IMG/VR virus record: IMGVR_UViG_3300046660_000488
Coordinates: 514,293-578,292 of that record
Strand: one strand, 5' to 3'
Length of the DNA: 64,000 bases
In this document: positions 15,122 through 25,295 of the stretch, piece after piece
Numbering within the stretch: the first letter of the stretch is position 1
Layout of the letters: every line of letters starts with the position of its first letter
Program-made: the position numbers and the translations under genes
Notes under the pieces: model-generated
Told to the model about the DNA's origin: nothing
The model's input: only the letters and a program-made list of their open reading frames with translations
Databases searched by the model: none

Positions 15122-16612
15122 ATGAAGTCTTGGACGCTCAAAATTCTCGACGAAGTCAATATCAAATTTGACGGGCTCGAACCCCATACTCGCCGAGAGA
15201 TCGTCAATGCGTGCAAGTTCTTCATGCCGCACGCTGCGTTCTCGGAGGCGTACAAGCTAAAGCGTTGGGACGGCATGGCGAACTTCGCCACGCCCGGCGG
15301 CGGCTCGTTCATGAACATGCTGGACCGTATCCAGCCGATCCTGTGGCGTCACGGCTATTCCCCCGATCACATGGTGATCGAGGACGCCCGGAAACACTGG
15401 AACTTCCAGTGGCCGGAAGTCAAGGAAGACATGCTGGCCCACAAGGTTTGGCCGGAAGGTCACCCGGCTGAGGGTGAGCCGGTCATGCTGCGCGACTATC
15501 AGGTCGAGGTGATCGAGCGCTATCTGAAGAACCCGGCGTCGATCCAGTCGATTTCCACGGGCGCGGGCAAGACGCTGATCACGGCCGCCCTGTCGGCCAC
15601 GGTCGAGCGGTACGGCCGGTCCATCGTCATCGTGCCGTCCATCGACCTCGTGTCGCAGACCGAAGAAGACTACATCAACCTCGGGCTCGACGTCGGCGTG
15701 TTCTGCGGCGCGCGCAAGGAATGGAACCGCACGCACACGATCTGCACGTGGCAGTCGCTGGGCGCCTTCAGCAAGCGCGACCGCAATGGCGTGAGCGAAG
15801 CTGGCTGCACGCTGGAGGAATTCCTGTCCGGCGTCGTCTGCGTGATGGTGGACGAAGTTCACTCGGCCAAGGCCGACGTCCTGCACAAGATGCTGACCGG
15901 TCCCATGGCCAACATCCCCCTGCGCTGGGGCCTGACCGGCACGATTCCGAAGAAGGAATTCGAGTACATGTCGATCCTGTGCTCGCTGGGTCCGTGTGTG
16001 GGTTCGATCACGGCGCGCGAGCTTATCAATCGCGGCGTGCTGTCGGAACTGTTCATCGACATCCTTCAGCTTCAGGAAGGCGATCTCGAATTCAAGACGT
16101 TCGCTGACGAGTACAAGCACACCACCACGAACGCGCATCGGATGAAATTCCTCGCGACCTATTGCGAGGCCATCGCGCAGACCGGCAACACCCTGATCCT
16201 CGTGGATCGCATCGAGAGCGGCCGGGCTCTGCTCGAAGCCTTGGGTCCTGAGCGTGCGGTGTTCATTTCCGGCAAGGTCAAGTCGAAGGATCGCAAGAAG
16301 GAATACAAGGAAGTTCAGGGGGCCGATGGGAAGATCATCATCGCCACCTACGGCGTCGCGGCCGTGGGCATCAACATCCCCCGCATCTTCAACCTCGTGC
16401 TGCTCGAAGCTGGCAAGTCGTTCGTCCGCACGATCCAGTCGATTGGTCGTGGCATCCGTACCGCCAAGGACAAGGACTTCGTCCACGTCTACGACGTCAC
16501 GTCGAACCTGAAGCACAGCAAGAAACACCTCGCCGAGCGCAAGGGCTTCTACAAGGAAGCCGAATACGCCCACCGCATCACGAAGCTCGAATACCGGAAC
16601 CTCGTGCTATGA
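15122..16612 (+). CDS. uvsW: SF2 DNA helicase, UvsW-like
   Basis: LRDYQ Q-motif, STGAGKT Walker A, DEVH, GLTGT, VGINIP, QSIGRGIR. Confidence 0.9.
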   Translation: MKSWTLKILDEVNIKFDGLEPHTRREIVNACKFFMPHAAFSEAYKLKRWDGMANFATPGGGSFMNMLDRIQPILWRHGYSPDHMVIEDARKHWNFQWPEVKEDMLAHKVWPEGHPAEGEPVMLRDYQVEVIERYLKNPASIQSISTGAGKTLITAALSATVERYGRSIVIVPSIDLVSQTEEDYINLGLDVGVFCGARKEWNRTHTICTWQSLGAFSKRDRNGVSEAGCTLEEFLSGVVCVMVDEVHSAKADVLHKMLTGPMANIPLRWGLTGTIPKKEFEYMSILCSLGPCVGSITARELINRGVLSELFIDILQLQEGDLEFKTFADEYKHTTTNAHRMKFLATYCEAIAQTGNTLILVDRIESGRALLEALGPERAVFISGKVKSKDRKKEYKEVQGADGKIIIATYGVAAVGINIPRIFNLVLLEAGKSFVRTIQSIGRGIRTAKDKDFVHVYDVTSNLKHSKKHLAERKGFYKEAEYAHRITKLEYRNLVL

Positions 16613-17022
16613 AAACGTTCGATGCGCTGGACGAAGATCACAAGCGGTCAGCCATCCGGTTGGCCGCGATGATCCCTGACATGGTCGAGGCGTCCTTGTT
16701 GGTCCCCTACCATTCCATCGGGATCGTCGTCGTCCACAACGAAATCCGCCGGTTGATCAACAAGATCATCCGTCAGGAACTGGCGAAATGGGGCGCGCTC
16801 GAAGAATACAGCCCGTGGACCATCCGCGCCAAAAATGACTGCACCTTCCACGTCTCTCCGATCTCGGGCGTCGCCTACCGTGGTCGATCCATCAACAAGT
16901 TGTACCTGCCGCCGATGGACATCCTCGACACCAAGCGCCTCAACGAAATGAACTATTTCCTGTACGGCTTCATGCCGGTGATCATGAGTTGTCGTGACTG
17001 CGAAATCGTCTACAACTACTGA
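16609..17022 (+). CDS. Hypothetical protein
   Basis: Coupled ORF. Confidence 0.7.
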   Translation: MKTFDALDEDHKRSAIRLAAMIPDMVEASLLVPYHSIGIVVVHNEIRRLINKIIRQELAKWGALEEYSPWTIRAKNDCTFHVSPISGVAYRGRSINKLYLPPMDILDTKRLNEMNYFLYGFMPVIMSCRDCEIVYNY

Positions 17023-17158
17023 TTCGTCTCAGAGAACAAGAATATTTCAAGTTATAGCGGCACTTTGCTTCTATACTACGGTAAATATTGTCTGAAATTC
17101 AATACGCTGTCATATTGACGGTAGTATTGGGGCAATGATGCTCACTTGAGGACTTGTT

Positions 17159-17662
17159 TTGAGAATTTTGACGCCTGAGAACGCGCCGTTCGAAATGAAC
17201 GAAGTGCCGAACCAAGTGGATGATCTGCGGTACTGCGTGCTCGACTATTCGAACCAAGCGGATGTCGATTTCTATTTCATCCCCATGATCTTTCTGGACT
17301 CGTTCCCACGTCCAGCGGCTGACCTGATGATCGGCTCCTACCGTATCCAGATGCCTCTGGATTGGTCCGTCGTGATCGCGGACCGCAACCTTGGGAACAT
17401 GGAGATCATCGAACTGAAGCATCTGAACGACCGCGACTTCGAAGCCTTCGTTCTAAACCCCATCAGTGGGTACGCGCCGGAGTGCTTGGCCATCGAAATG
17501 GTCAACGTGTTCCCAGACGTCAACTGGTATTTCCCGAAGCTGAAACGCGGCCACATCCTCGCCGTCCCCCTGTCCGAAAAACCCGGCGCGCCGTGCGCGT
17601 ATTTCGTCAAGGACACCAACAAGCTTCCGGACGGCCTCGATATTTCGAAGGTCTTTGCATGA
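17159..17662 (+). CDS. Conserved jumbo-phage hypothetical protein
   Basis: TTG start; MRILTPEN...FYFIPMIFLDSF type seen beside UvsW in Rak2/GAP32-like phages (from memory). Confidence 0.75.
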   Translation: MRILTPENAPFEMNEVPNQVDDLRYCVLDYSNQADVDFYFIPMIFLDSFPRPAADLMIGSYRIQMPLDWSVVIADRNLGNMEIIELKHLNDRDFEAFVLNPISGYAPECLAIEMVNVFPDVNWYFPKLKRGHILAVPLSEKPGAPCAYFVKDTNKLPDGLDISKVFA

Positions 17663-17898
17663 GCAGCGCGATCTACCAATCGCGGAGCGACGATCCTCGC
17701 ATGGTGGCCGCCATCGCACAGATGAAAGTGCGGCGGGATGCGACCACTGACGTCGAAAAACGTCAGGAAATCGGGCGCCAGATCGACCTACTGGAAGACG
17801 GTCTCATCATCTACCACCTTCTGCATGGGCCAAATCCCCCAAGCGAGGAAGAGTATTTGACAAAATACTACGCCGGTTTGGAGGACGGAACCGAATGA
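17659..17898 (+). CDS. Hypothetical protein
   Basis: Coupled ORF. Confidence 0.7.
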   Translation: MSSAIYQSRSDDPRMVAAIAQMKVRRDATTDVEKRQEIGRQIDLLEDGLIIYHLLHGPNPPSEEEYLTKYYAGLEDGTE

Positions 17899-18092
17899 CA
17901 CTAGAAGAGGCGAAGCAAGCATTGGTGGTGGCATCATCAAAGCGGGACTTGGCCTTTGAAATGTGGCCGAGCAATCCAACGACCATCGCGGTAGCTGGAC
18001 ACTTTGACGACCATACCTATGCCAGAGAATGGCAAAAGTACAACGACCTGATTGAAACAATACTTAACCAATTTCCGGAGTTGAAATCATGA
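17895..18092 (+). CDS. Hypothetical protein
   Basis: Coupled 65-aa ORF. Confidence 0.6.
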   Translation: MTLEEAKQALVVASSKRDLAFEMWPSNPTTIAVAGHFDDHTYAREWQKYNDLIETILNQFPELKS

Positions 18093-18667
18093 CCACCAAG
18101 ACTGAACTTGACAACCTGCTGGCCGAGACCCTGAAGGCCAACAACCGTGGCTCCACCAAGGAAGCCATCCGCATCCTGCTGAACTCGCTGGTCCCCGCGC
18201 TGGTGGACTTCGTCGAGAACCCCGGCGTTTCGTTCGTCCCGGCCGAAGTGACCAAGGAAGAAGCCGTCGCTCAGGCTGAAGCCCTGTTCTCGCCGCCGTC
18301 CAAGGCTGACGAGATCGCGGAAGACGCCATGATCATCGAGCGCATCCAAGACTCTCCGGAGCGCAAGGTGTTCTCCGTGGACGTCGGCTCGCTGGCGCCC
18401 GAAGAGGTCGTCGCCAAGCTGGAGGAATTCAAGGAAGAATTCGCCGCCGCCAAGGTGGAAGGTGAGACCTGCGAGCCGTGCGAACCGACCGAAGAGAACC
18501 CGAACGGCGTCGCCGATCCGGTCGTGATCCCGGCCGAAGACGTGCCCGCCACTGAAGTGGCCGACGAGCCTGCCGCTGAAGTCGCCGACAAGGCGGATGA
18601 TGCTGGTGAGGACGCCCCGGCTGCGAAAACCGCGCCGAAGGGCAAGACGACCAAGAAGGCTGATTAA
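18089..18667 (+). CDS. Acidic, low-complexity hypothetical protein
   Basis: E/A/P-rich C-terminus, strongly biased codons. Confidence 0.8.
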   Translation: MTTKTELDNLLAETLKANNRGSTKEAIRILLNSLVPALVDFVENPGVSFVPAEVTKEEAVAQAEALFSPPSKADEIAEDAMIIERIQDSPERKVFSVDVGSLAPEEVVAKLEEFKEEFAAAKVEGETCEPCEPTEENPNGVADPVVIPAEDVPATEVADEPAAEVADKADDAGEDAPAAKTAPKGKTTKKAD

Positions 18668-18832
18668 AATCAGCGAGTGAGCACGCTGGCCCGCCACGAA
18701 AAAAATTGAGCGTCGTAGCGGGCCAGCGGAGCAACCAAATAGCAGGGAGAGTGCTATCCGAAAACCTTTGACATGGCCGTCTACTCGTATTTATTATGCG
18801 TTGGTAAACCATTTCGATTAAGGCCATTTTTC

Positions 18833-19375
18833 GTGAGTTCCCCGCCCAAAGCGCGGCCGAAGTACGTCCTCGACATGTTCAAAGAGGTACTTCCCGCCGC
18901 CGACCGACGTGACTTCGGGTTTTTCACCCGCCTATCCGACGATCAGAAAAAGGGCTTCTCGGCTCCCGTCATTCTGCGCGCCGCATCCATCATCGGGGAC
19001 GGACCCCAAGCTGCTCGGCAGATCGAGAAAGTCAACGAGCGGGCCAACCTGAACTTCCACGCGCTCTACAAACACCCAGACCTCCAGTACCGGCTTATCG
19101 CATCCTGCGGCACGGGGCGACAGCAATTCCACCCTTGGATCGCTGGAGCCAAATCAGGCAAGAAAACCGACAAGGTCACCCTGTTCTTGGCCCGGTTCCA
19201 CCCGACCGCGAACGACTTCGAGTTGGACATTCTCCTCTCCAAGTTCACCGATGAAACGTTCCGGCAGTTTGTCCGCTCCAGCGGCATCACGGATGCGGAA
19301 GAAAAAGAGGTTTTGGAAGCGTATGACCGTCTCACCGGAAAAGCAAAAAGCCCCAAGAAAAAAGCAAAAGGCTGA
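18833..19375 (+). CDS. Putative clamp-loader small subunit (gp62-like)
   Basis: LDMFK.VL.A.D.RD..FF..LS...K.FS...KHP.LQY.L...FHPWI pattern; replication context; start uncertain. Confidence 0.5.
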   Translation: MSSPPKARPKYVLDMFKEVLPAADRRDFGFFTRLSDDQKKGFSAPVILRAASIIGDGPQAARQIEKVNERANLNFHALYKHPDLQYRLIASCGTGRQQFHPWIAGAKSGKKTDKVTLFLARFHPTANDFELDILLSKFTDETFRQFVRSSGITDAEEKEVLEAYDRLTGKAKSPKKKAKG

Positions 19376-20054
19376 GCCGGTCGGGTTTTCCTGCGAACAC
19401 TGCAAGAAGACCTACGTCCGCGAGAGCACGCTGCTGAGCCACGTCTGCGAGCCGAAGCGCCGTTTGATGGAGAAAGACCAGAAACACGTGGTGTTCGCCT
19501 TCTGGGCCTACAACCATTTCTGGAAGATGAACATGTACGGCGCTAAGGAGCGCACGTACAAGGATTTCATGACAAGCAACGTCTACACCGCCTACGTGCG
19601 GTTCGGGCGCTACATCATGGACATCAACGCCATCAACCCGAAAGCCTACGTCGATTACTTGATGAAGAACAAGGTCAAGATCGACGATTGGGTCAAGGAC
19701 TCTGTCTACGAGCGCTACATCCGCGAACTGAATACCAAGGAAAGCGCCGACGCCGCGATCCAGCGCACGACCATGCTGATGGAAGAGTGGGCCATCAACA
19801 CCGGCAAACCGTGGGTCGATTTCTTCCGAGAGATCAATCCGAACCAAGCCACGTCGTGGATTTTGTCCGGCCGCATCAGCCCGTGGGTCATCTACACCGC
19901 CAATAGCTCGCACGAAATGTTCGACCGCATGTCGGACGAACAGCTTGCTTTGGTGCATAACTACATAAACCCGGACTTTTGGAAGCATCGCATCAAGATG
20001 CACCAGACGGACGTGGCGACAATTCGAGAGATTTTTGATTCTGTAGGTATTTGA
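19323..20054 (+). CDS. C2H2-type zinc-finger protein
   Basis: CEHCKKTY.RE.TL..HVC motif. Confidence 0.75.
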   Translation: MTVSPEKQKAPRKKQKAEPVGFSCEHCKKTYVRESTLLSHVCEPKRRLMEKDQKHVVFAFWAYNHFWKMNMYGAKERTYKDFMTSNVYTAYVRFGRYIMDINAINPKAYVDYLMKNKVKIDDWVKDSVYERYIRELNTKESADAAIQRTTMLMEEWAINTGKPWVDFFREINPNQATSWILSGRISPWVIYTANSSHEMFDRMSDEQLALVHNYINPDFWKHRIKMHQTDVATIREIFDSVGI

Positions 20055-20518
20055 TGAGCGATTTTGGAGAAGAGCCCCAGCGGATTGATGAAGCCGCTGT
20101 CGAGGCAGAAATCCGCCACCAGATGTACGGCCAATACCTTGGCGACGACGATGGCGGTGACGACCTGTACAGCATGTACGGCGTCCGTGACGACGACCTC
20201 GACGATCCTGCGGTTTCTCCAGAACTGCGCGCCGCGCAGATCGACGCCCTCAAGCAAATCCGCCCCGGCGCCTACGCCAAGCAGACCGTTCGGGATGTGG
20301 TCGAGATTGATCTGGGCATGGGCAAGACCGCGACCGTCGCCGGAGCCGACTACGTCAAGAAACTGGAACAGGTGATCGACAAGCAGGGCATGATGCTCCG
20401 ACAACTATTCACCCTCGTTCGACAGCAGCGTGTGGCGATCAACCAAATCAACAGCCAGAACGGCCAAGAGTTCAATTCGATCTGGAATGAACTTGAGAAG
20501 AAAATAACGATGAGGTAA
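20054..20518 (+). CDS. Hypothetical protein with C-terminal coiled coil
   Basis: Coupled ORF. Confidence 0.75.
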   Translation: MSDFGEEPQRIDEAAVEAEIRHQMYGQYLGDDDGGDDLYSMYGVRDDDLDDPAVSPELRAAQIDALKQIRPGAYAKQTVRDVVEIDLGMGKTATVAGADYVKKLEQVIDKQGMMLRQLFTLVRQQRVAINQINSQNGQEFNSIWNELEKKITMR

Positions 20519-20527
20519 TCTTCACCT

Positions 20528-20983
20528 ATGGCTTGCGTAATCATCAACGACTTCGTGTCCGACCGCCGGACTGAGATCACCTTCAACCACCCGCAGGATT
20601 TCCAACGGGTGGACGCCATGTGGGAAGATGAAGACCAGCTTCTACGGGAGCTTCAGACCACCGAGGCCTTCAAGGGCAAGACGCGGTGGTGCGACCTCAC
20701 CCCGATGAACTACCGCTTCCTGCTGATGAACGTCCTGAACAAGGTCAGCGCCCTGTCGGACGAAGAGCAATCGGACCCCGGCCACGAGGCGATGTCGAGC
20801 CTGACGTTCTGCCTCAGCGCCTTGCTGAAATGTCTGGAAGATCGTAGCCAGAGCACGGTGGAATTGCTGCGCGTCAACCGACTCGGCGAGCAGGAAATGC
20901 TTTACGACTTCACCGCCAGCGTCAACATGCAACTCGAACGCAAGCCCACCAAAGGCTTCCGCGTCGTCGTGGACAACACCTGA
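20528..20983 (+). CDS. Hypothetical protein
   Basis: ORF coupled to mini-DnaE. Confidence 0.8.
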   Translation: MACVIINDFVSDRRTEITFNHPQDFQRVDAMWEDEDQLLRELQTTEAFKGKTRWCDLTPMNYRFLLMNVLNKVSALSDEEQSDPGHEAMSSLTFCLSALLKCLEDRSQSTVELLRVNRLGEQEMLYDFTASVNMQLERKPTKGFRVVVDNT

Positions 20984-21609
20984 TGGGCAAGGTCACTACC
21001 GACATCGACATCGACTTCGCGGATCGCGAAGGCGCGCTCGACGCCCTGATGGTCGTGTCGGCCAGCATGAGCAAGGATGGCGTCCGCAGGCGCCACCCGA
21101 CCAGCGTCTATTTCCAGAACATCCCGACCGATCCCATCGACGGCTACGCGGCCATCGAGTACGAGCCTGCGGCCGATAACGGCTACTTCAAGATCGACTT
21201 CCTGAACAACAGCATCTACAACGGCATTCGGGACGAAGAGCATCTTGACGCCCTGATCAATACGCCGGTGGACTGGGACCTGTTCCTGATCCCCGAAGTC
21301 GTGTCTGAACTCGCCCACATCAAATCCCATTTCAACGTCGTCCAATTCGTCAAGCCTAAGAGCATCGACGATCTGGCCGTGATCCTCGCCCTGATCCGTC
21401 CGGGCAAGCGTCACCTGATCGGCGCGCCGCGCCACAAGATCGACGCCGAAATCTGGTCGGCCGGGAACGAGGACTACACCTTCAAGCGTGCCCACGCCTG
21501 TGCGTACGCCGTCAGCATCATCGTCCAGTTGAACAAACTGTTCGAGGAATTGGCGCCCTTGCTCGACGACAACAGCCAGCACGGAGACTCGTCGGAGTTC
21601 TTCTCTTGA
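20983..21609 (+). CDS. Miniature DNA polymerase III alpha (DnaE)-like catalytic core, 208 aa
   Basis: TDIDIDF (PDFDVDF), RHPTSVY, YFKIDFLN (KFDFLG), LAVILALIRPG, YTFKRAHACAYA. Confidence 0.85.
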   Translation: MGKVTTDIDIDFADREGALDALMVVSASMSKDGVRRRHPTSVYFQNIPTDPIDGYAAIEYEPAADNGYFKIDFLNNSIYNGIRDEEHLDALINTPVDWDLFLIPEVVSELAHIKSHFNVVQFVKPKSIDDLAVILALIRPGKRHLIGAPRHKIDAEIWSAGNEDYTFKRAHACAYAVSIIVQLNKLFEELAPLLDDNSQHGDSSEFFS

Positions 21610-21962
21610 TCGTCACGCGCAAGTCGCCGTGTCAGTTGGTCTACGAAGGCGTGGAATCCACGAACCGCGTGATCGATCTGCCTGTGCTTGACCTGCACGA
21701 AAACGAAATCGGTCTCGACTCCGGCCGCTTCAAGCATTTCACCCGTGAAAAGCAGGAATTGAAGGTCAAGCTGACGCTGGCCCGCGATCCTGAAGAGACC
21801 CGCTTCATGATGCGTGAGCGCGTCGAGTGGATCGCCCGACATACCGACGAGCCATGGTCGATGGACGTCACCTACAAATCCATGGAACAGCCGCTGGAGG
21901 CGACATTCTGGTTCGCCGAGACCACGGCGGCCGTCCTATTCAAGCTTGTATGGTACGACTGA
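21606..21962 (+). CDS. Hypothetical protein
   Basis: Coupled ORF, TTG start. Confidence 0.7.
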   Translation: MIVTRKSPCQLVYEGVESTNRVIDLPVLDLHENEIGLDSGRFKHFTREKQELKVKLTLARDPEETRFMMRERVEWIARHTDEPWSMDVTYKSMEQPLEATFWFAETTAAVLFKLVWYD

Positions 21963-22007
21963 TCGGGTTATAGGAAATGGTAAACCATATTTTTGTAGGC
22001 CATTTCC

Positions 22008-22703
22008 ATGGGTCGTTTGATCCCCATCGCTCCGAATTTCAAGATCGAAGATCAAAAAACCGGGCCTCCGGTTCAAATGTCGAGAGTGGTCCATCTGGCC
22101 GATAAGGACGGCGTGCCGCTTTCGAACATGAGCGGGTTGGTGATAGTCAACGAACCGGCGTCTGCACCAGCGGTAAAGAACGACGCTTTCATTCGCCCGT
22201 CGAACATCATCTATCAAATCGTCGGCGATCTGAACAGCGCAAGCTACGACAATCCCGAAAAGCCTCATCGAAACCAACCGTTCAAAATGAGACATCGACC
22301 CGCCTCTGACCGGGTCGTGATGAGTATTGACGCCGACCCAAACCAGTCATTCTGGACGTTCGACGAATTCGAAGAATTCGTTCACGGGCTGAAACATGAC
22401 GTCTACATCAGCGAATTCCAATTCGCCCAACTGAACGTCAAATCATCCACAGTCACGCTTTATACGACCAGTATGATTGACCATGCGAACTTGACGGCCC
22501 GAATCCGGTCTCCGCGAAAGCCGCCACTGAAATTCGACATTGATGAAAACGAGCTTGGCGAACTGGCCGAGTGGTGCACCAAGAACCTGCTCGGCATGTT
22601 CGATCTCGAAGTGTCAAACTGGGGTCCAGTGCGGAACGCTTATCTTCGCGTTAAGGATGACGTAGAAGAGGTGCATGCAAAGCTGCGATGGTGCGGCAAC
22701 TAA
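22008..22703 (+). CDS. Hypothetical protein
   Basis: 231-aa ORF. Confidence 0.75.
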   Translation: MGRLIPIAPNFKIEDQKTGPPVQMSRVVHLADKDGVPLSNMSGLVIVNEPASAPAVKNDAFIRPSNIIYQIVGDLNSASYDNPEKPHRNQPFKMRHRPASDRVVMSIDADPNQSFWTFDEFEEFVHGLKHDVYISEFQFAQLNVKSSTVTLYTTSMIDHANLTARIRSPRKPPLKFDIDENELGELAEWCTKNLLGMFDLEVSNWGPVRNAYLRVKDDVEEVHAKLRWCGN

Positions 22704-22760
22704 GACTTGCAATATTTGACAACTGTGCTACAGGTTCGGCTTCGATAGCAGGAGACCGCG

Positions 22761-23015
22761 TTGTCCCTATTCGGTAATCGCATCGCGCGCCCCATCGGGG
22801 CCGCCGACATGGAGCACTATGAATCGGGCCTCGTGCTCCGGTTCGCTATTGTCATGTCCGGCCGCAGCGAGACCGACTGGGCCGCGCTGTCGCCACGGAC
22901 TAAGGGCCGTTGGCTCGACAAATCCCGCGACGCCCTCTGCGCTGTCCTGAACGAAAAGGAAGTGGTGGCCAAGCTCCCGCTTCTCGTCAATAACCTGACG
23001 CAGAGGGATCAATGA
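22761..23015 (+). CDS. Hypothetical protein
   Basis: SD GGAGA + TTG start. Confidence 0.7.
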   Translation: MSLFGNRIARPIGAADMEHYESGLVLRFAIVMSGRSETDWAALSPRTKGRWLDKSRDALCAVLNEKEVVAKLPLLVNNLTQRDQ

Positions 23016-23266
23016 CCCAGCCCACCAAGCTCATCGTCACCGACGAGATCGTCGCCCACGTTCTGCTGGCTACCTTCGATTCCATCATCGAAGGCCGCAA
23101 GGAACCGAACATCGTCGATTTCCTTCTGGCCGAAGGGATCGCTCAGGCGGTGTTGCAAACGGCCTTTCCCGAGGTGAAGGATCGCGAGAGCGTGGCTGAT
23201 CACGGCCAAACCGTCGTGGTCTGGCGCGACCTGCGCGCCGAGCAGAAAGCTAAGCGGGGGTACTGA
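23012..23266 (+). CDS. Hypothetical protein
   Basis: Coupled ORF. Confidence 0.7.
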   Translation: MTQPTKLIVTDEIVAHVLLATFDSIIEGRKEPNIVDFLLAEGIAQAVLQTAFPEVKDRESVADHGQTVVVWRDLRAEQKAKRGY

Positions 23267-23268
23267 AC

Positions 23269-23715
23269 ATGAGAGTCACCTTCCACGGCGAGGAATTCTC
23301 GCACACGATCAACCTGAACCCGATGGGCGCCATCAAGGAATGGCTGGAGGCGCGCGCCAAGCGCAAGGCCAAGAACGATCTCGCCATCCTGCTCAAGCAA
23401 GCGGCGATGAACGAGTTTCAATGGAACACCAACGTCATCCGGGCGACGGACAATAACGGGCGCCTGAGCGTCGGGTCCTCGCTGAACCGGGATTTCGACG
23501 ACACCATCGCGGTCGGGTTCTATCTCGGGAACAGCACGTGGCGGCACGTCAACATCAGCACCTCGCGTGCGCGCCTGATGGCCAAGATGCTTGTCGAGCG
23601 CGCTGACGCCATCGAAGAAATCGACGGCCAAGCTCACGACATCGACAAGCCGCAGGAATTCATCGACGGCCTGAAGCCGGGTGACCAGTACTACAACCTC
23701 TACCACAAGGCCTGA
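23269..23715 (+). CDS. Hypothetical protein
   Basis: ORF in operon. Confidence 0.75.
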   Translation: MRVTFHGEEFSHTINLNPMGAIKEWLEARAKRKAKNDLAILLKQAAMNEFQWNTNVIRATDNNGRLSVGSSLNRDFDDTIAVGFYLGNSTWRHVNISTSRARLMAKMLVERADAIEEIDGQAHDIDKPQEFIDGLKPGDQYYNLYHKA

Positions 23716-23716
23716 T

Positions 23717-24232
23717 ATGAAGCCCCACACGGCATTGCTCTTCGGTCTGGGCTTGGGACTGACGGCTGGTATCCTCGGGATGATGTCGCTGGATCGCTCG
23801 CTCGACCACGTCGAGAAAAAATCGGCGGCCAGCGTTCAGGTCAAAGTGGACAACGACAACGGCAACGACCGGGTCGTCTACGTCACCGCGATCTACGACG
23901 GCGACACCTTCAGCTTCAACATGCCGGGCCTGCCGCCCAAGCTGAACCCCCTGAAGATCAGGGTGCGGGGCGTGGACACGCCCGAGCGCGGCGGTAAGGC
24001 CAAGTGCGACGCCGAGCGGAATGCGGCAGATCGCGCACGCGAGTTCACCAAGAAACTGATCCACGGCAATGGCGACAAGGTGCTGCTGAAGAACCTCGAC
24101 TGGGACAAATACGGCGGGCGGGTTGATGCTGACGTCTACGTCGGAGACACGCTGCTCTCGGATCGCCTGATCGCTGGCGGCTACGGCCGCGAGTACCACG
24201 GCGAGAAACGCGACATCGGGTGGTGCAACTGA
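23717..24232 (+). CDS. Thermonuclease (SNase family) with N-terminal signal/TM segment
   Basis: YDGDTF, IRVRGVDTPE, DKYGGRV motifs; hydrophobic N-terminus. Confidence 0.9.
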   Translation: MKPHTALLFGLGLGLTAGILGMMSLDRSLDHVEKKSAASVQVKVDNDNGNDRVVYVTAIYDGDTFSFNMPGLPPKLNPLKIRVRGVDTPERGGKAKCDAERNAADRAREFTKKLIHGNGDKVLLKNLDWDKYGGRVDADVYVGDTLLSDRLIAGGYGREYHGEKRDIGWCN

Positions 24233-24233
24233 C

Positions 24234-24458
24234 ATGGGCGTGAAATCGACAGTTCATCTGTCTCGCGAAGAGGCAGAGCGGCGCTACATCGACCACATTA
24301 TCGACACGGTGCTTCGGCCCCGTCTGGTCAGTCAGGTCTCGTTCTTGAGCGACACTGAGCTTGAGGATGTGATCGAGCGGTTCAACGACGAGAAATATGA
24401 GAGCGGCGGCGGGTTCGACAACTACATCATCGACGCCCGGACTGACGTCCGTACGTGA
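24234..24458 (+). CDS. Hypothetical protein
   Basis: 74-aa ORF ending the operon. Confidence 0.7.
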   Translation: MGVKSTVHLSREEAERRYIDHIIDTVLRPRLVSQVSFLSDTELEDVIERFNDEKYESGGGFDNYIIDARTDVRT

Positions 24459-25200
24459 TCTGAAGGAAACCGTTCGCTCGCGCTCACTTTCTTCCTTCAG
24501 ATCGAAGCTCTCTATGTGAGTTTCGAATCATATGTCCCTAGATTTACAGTCTCTTTCTCCCCCTGTCGTGGTGACGCGCTTATCCAATGGTCGCACTGAT
24601 GCGATTTGAAGAAGGGCAGTCACCACGACAGGGGGATTTCGGTCGTTACGTCCCTGAGTTCGTATCGCCTTTCGATAGCAACTGGACACGTTTATAGTGT
24701 CAGCAGGCGGTCTCCCTAGACCTGCATGCCATTGCCCAATCCCGGCCGCTTCACCTGAAGAGAGGGGTTTTGGGGCTGTGGTCTCGATGTGTGCTCGCGC
24801 ACCTTTTCATCGGCCAGCCTTGCACCCCCGGTAAGCTTTTGTGCCAGACGGTTATGATTTGTTGGATCAAGCTCGTGAGCACGGCAATCGAAGAACCGCA
24901 CTCACGCGGGCGGCGGTCAAATTCTCCAGACCGGACCGCCCTCGTTTTCGTGGTGCCTTTTTACATGCCTGAAGCATGTGGAGGGGCCGTTACTGCTTTC
25001 CGCATGTCCGCCTCCGTGGTTGCTCTACCCCTGCACCGGTCACCAGTTAGGCCCAGTCTTTTCCAGTTTTGCGGTGGGGTGAACCGCTGTATACCCCTGA
25101 GCACTATATGAGTCCTTGTATAGAATCCTTTATCAAATACTGTCGATAAAATAGTAGGCACAGAATTCCGAATCAGAGGTAGTGACCTCTGCGTGACGAT
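24457..25200. other. About 750-bp apparently non-coding region with long inverted repeats (origin or structured RNA candidate)
   Basis: 12-bp IR 24457-24468/24492-24503; 18-bp IR 24558-24575/24619-24636; no ORF with phage-like codon bias. Confidence 0.55.
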
Positions 25201-25295
25201 CTCGTAAACCATTTATTGACCAGAAAATACCTGACCTATATGGTGCAGAAATCAGGTGGAAACGCCTGTTATTTCAACAAAGGTATTTGAGTTAG

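Noticed and set aside
24716-25212. ORFs 24716-24901, 24770-25111 and 24961-25212
   Set aside because: No SD, atypical codon use and Cys/Arg-rich translations; the region is treated as non-coding.
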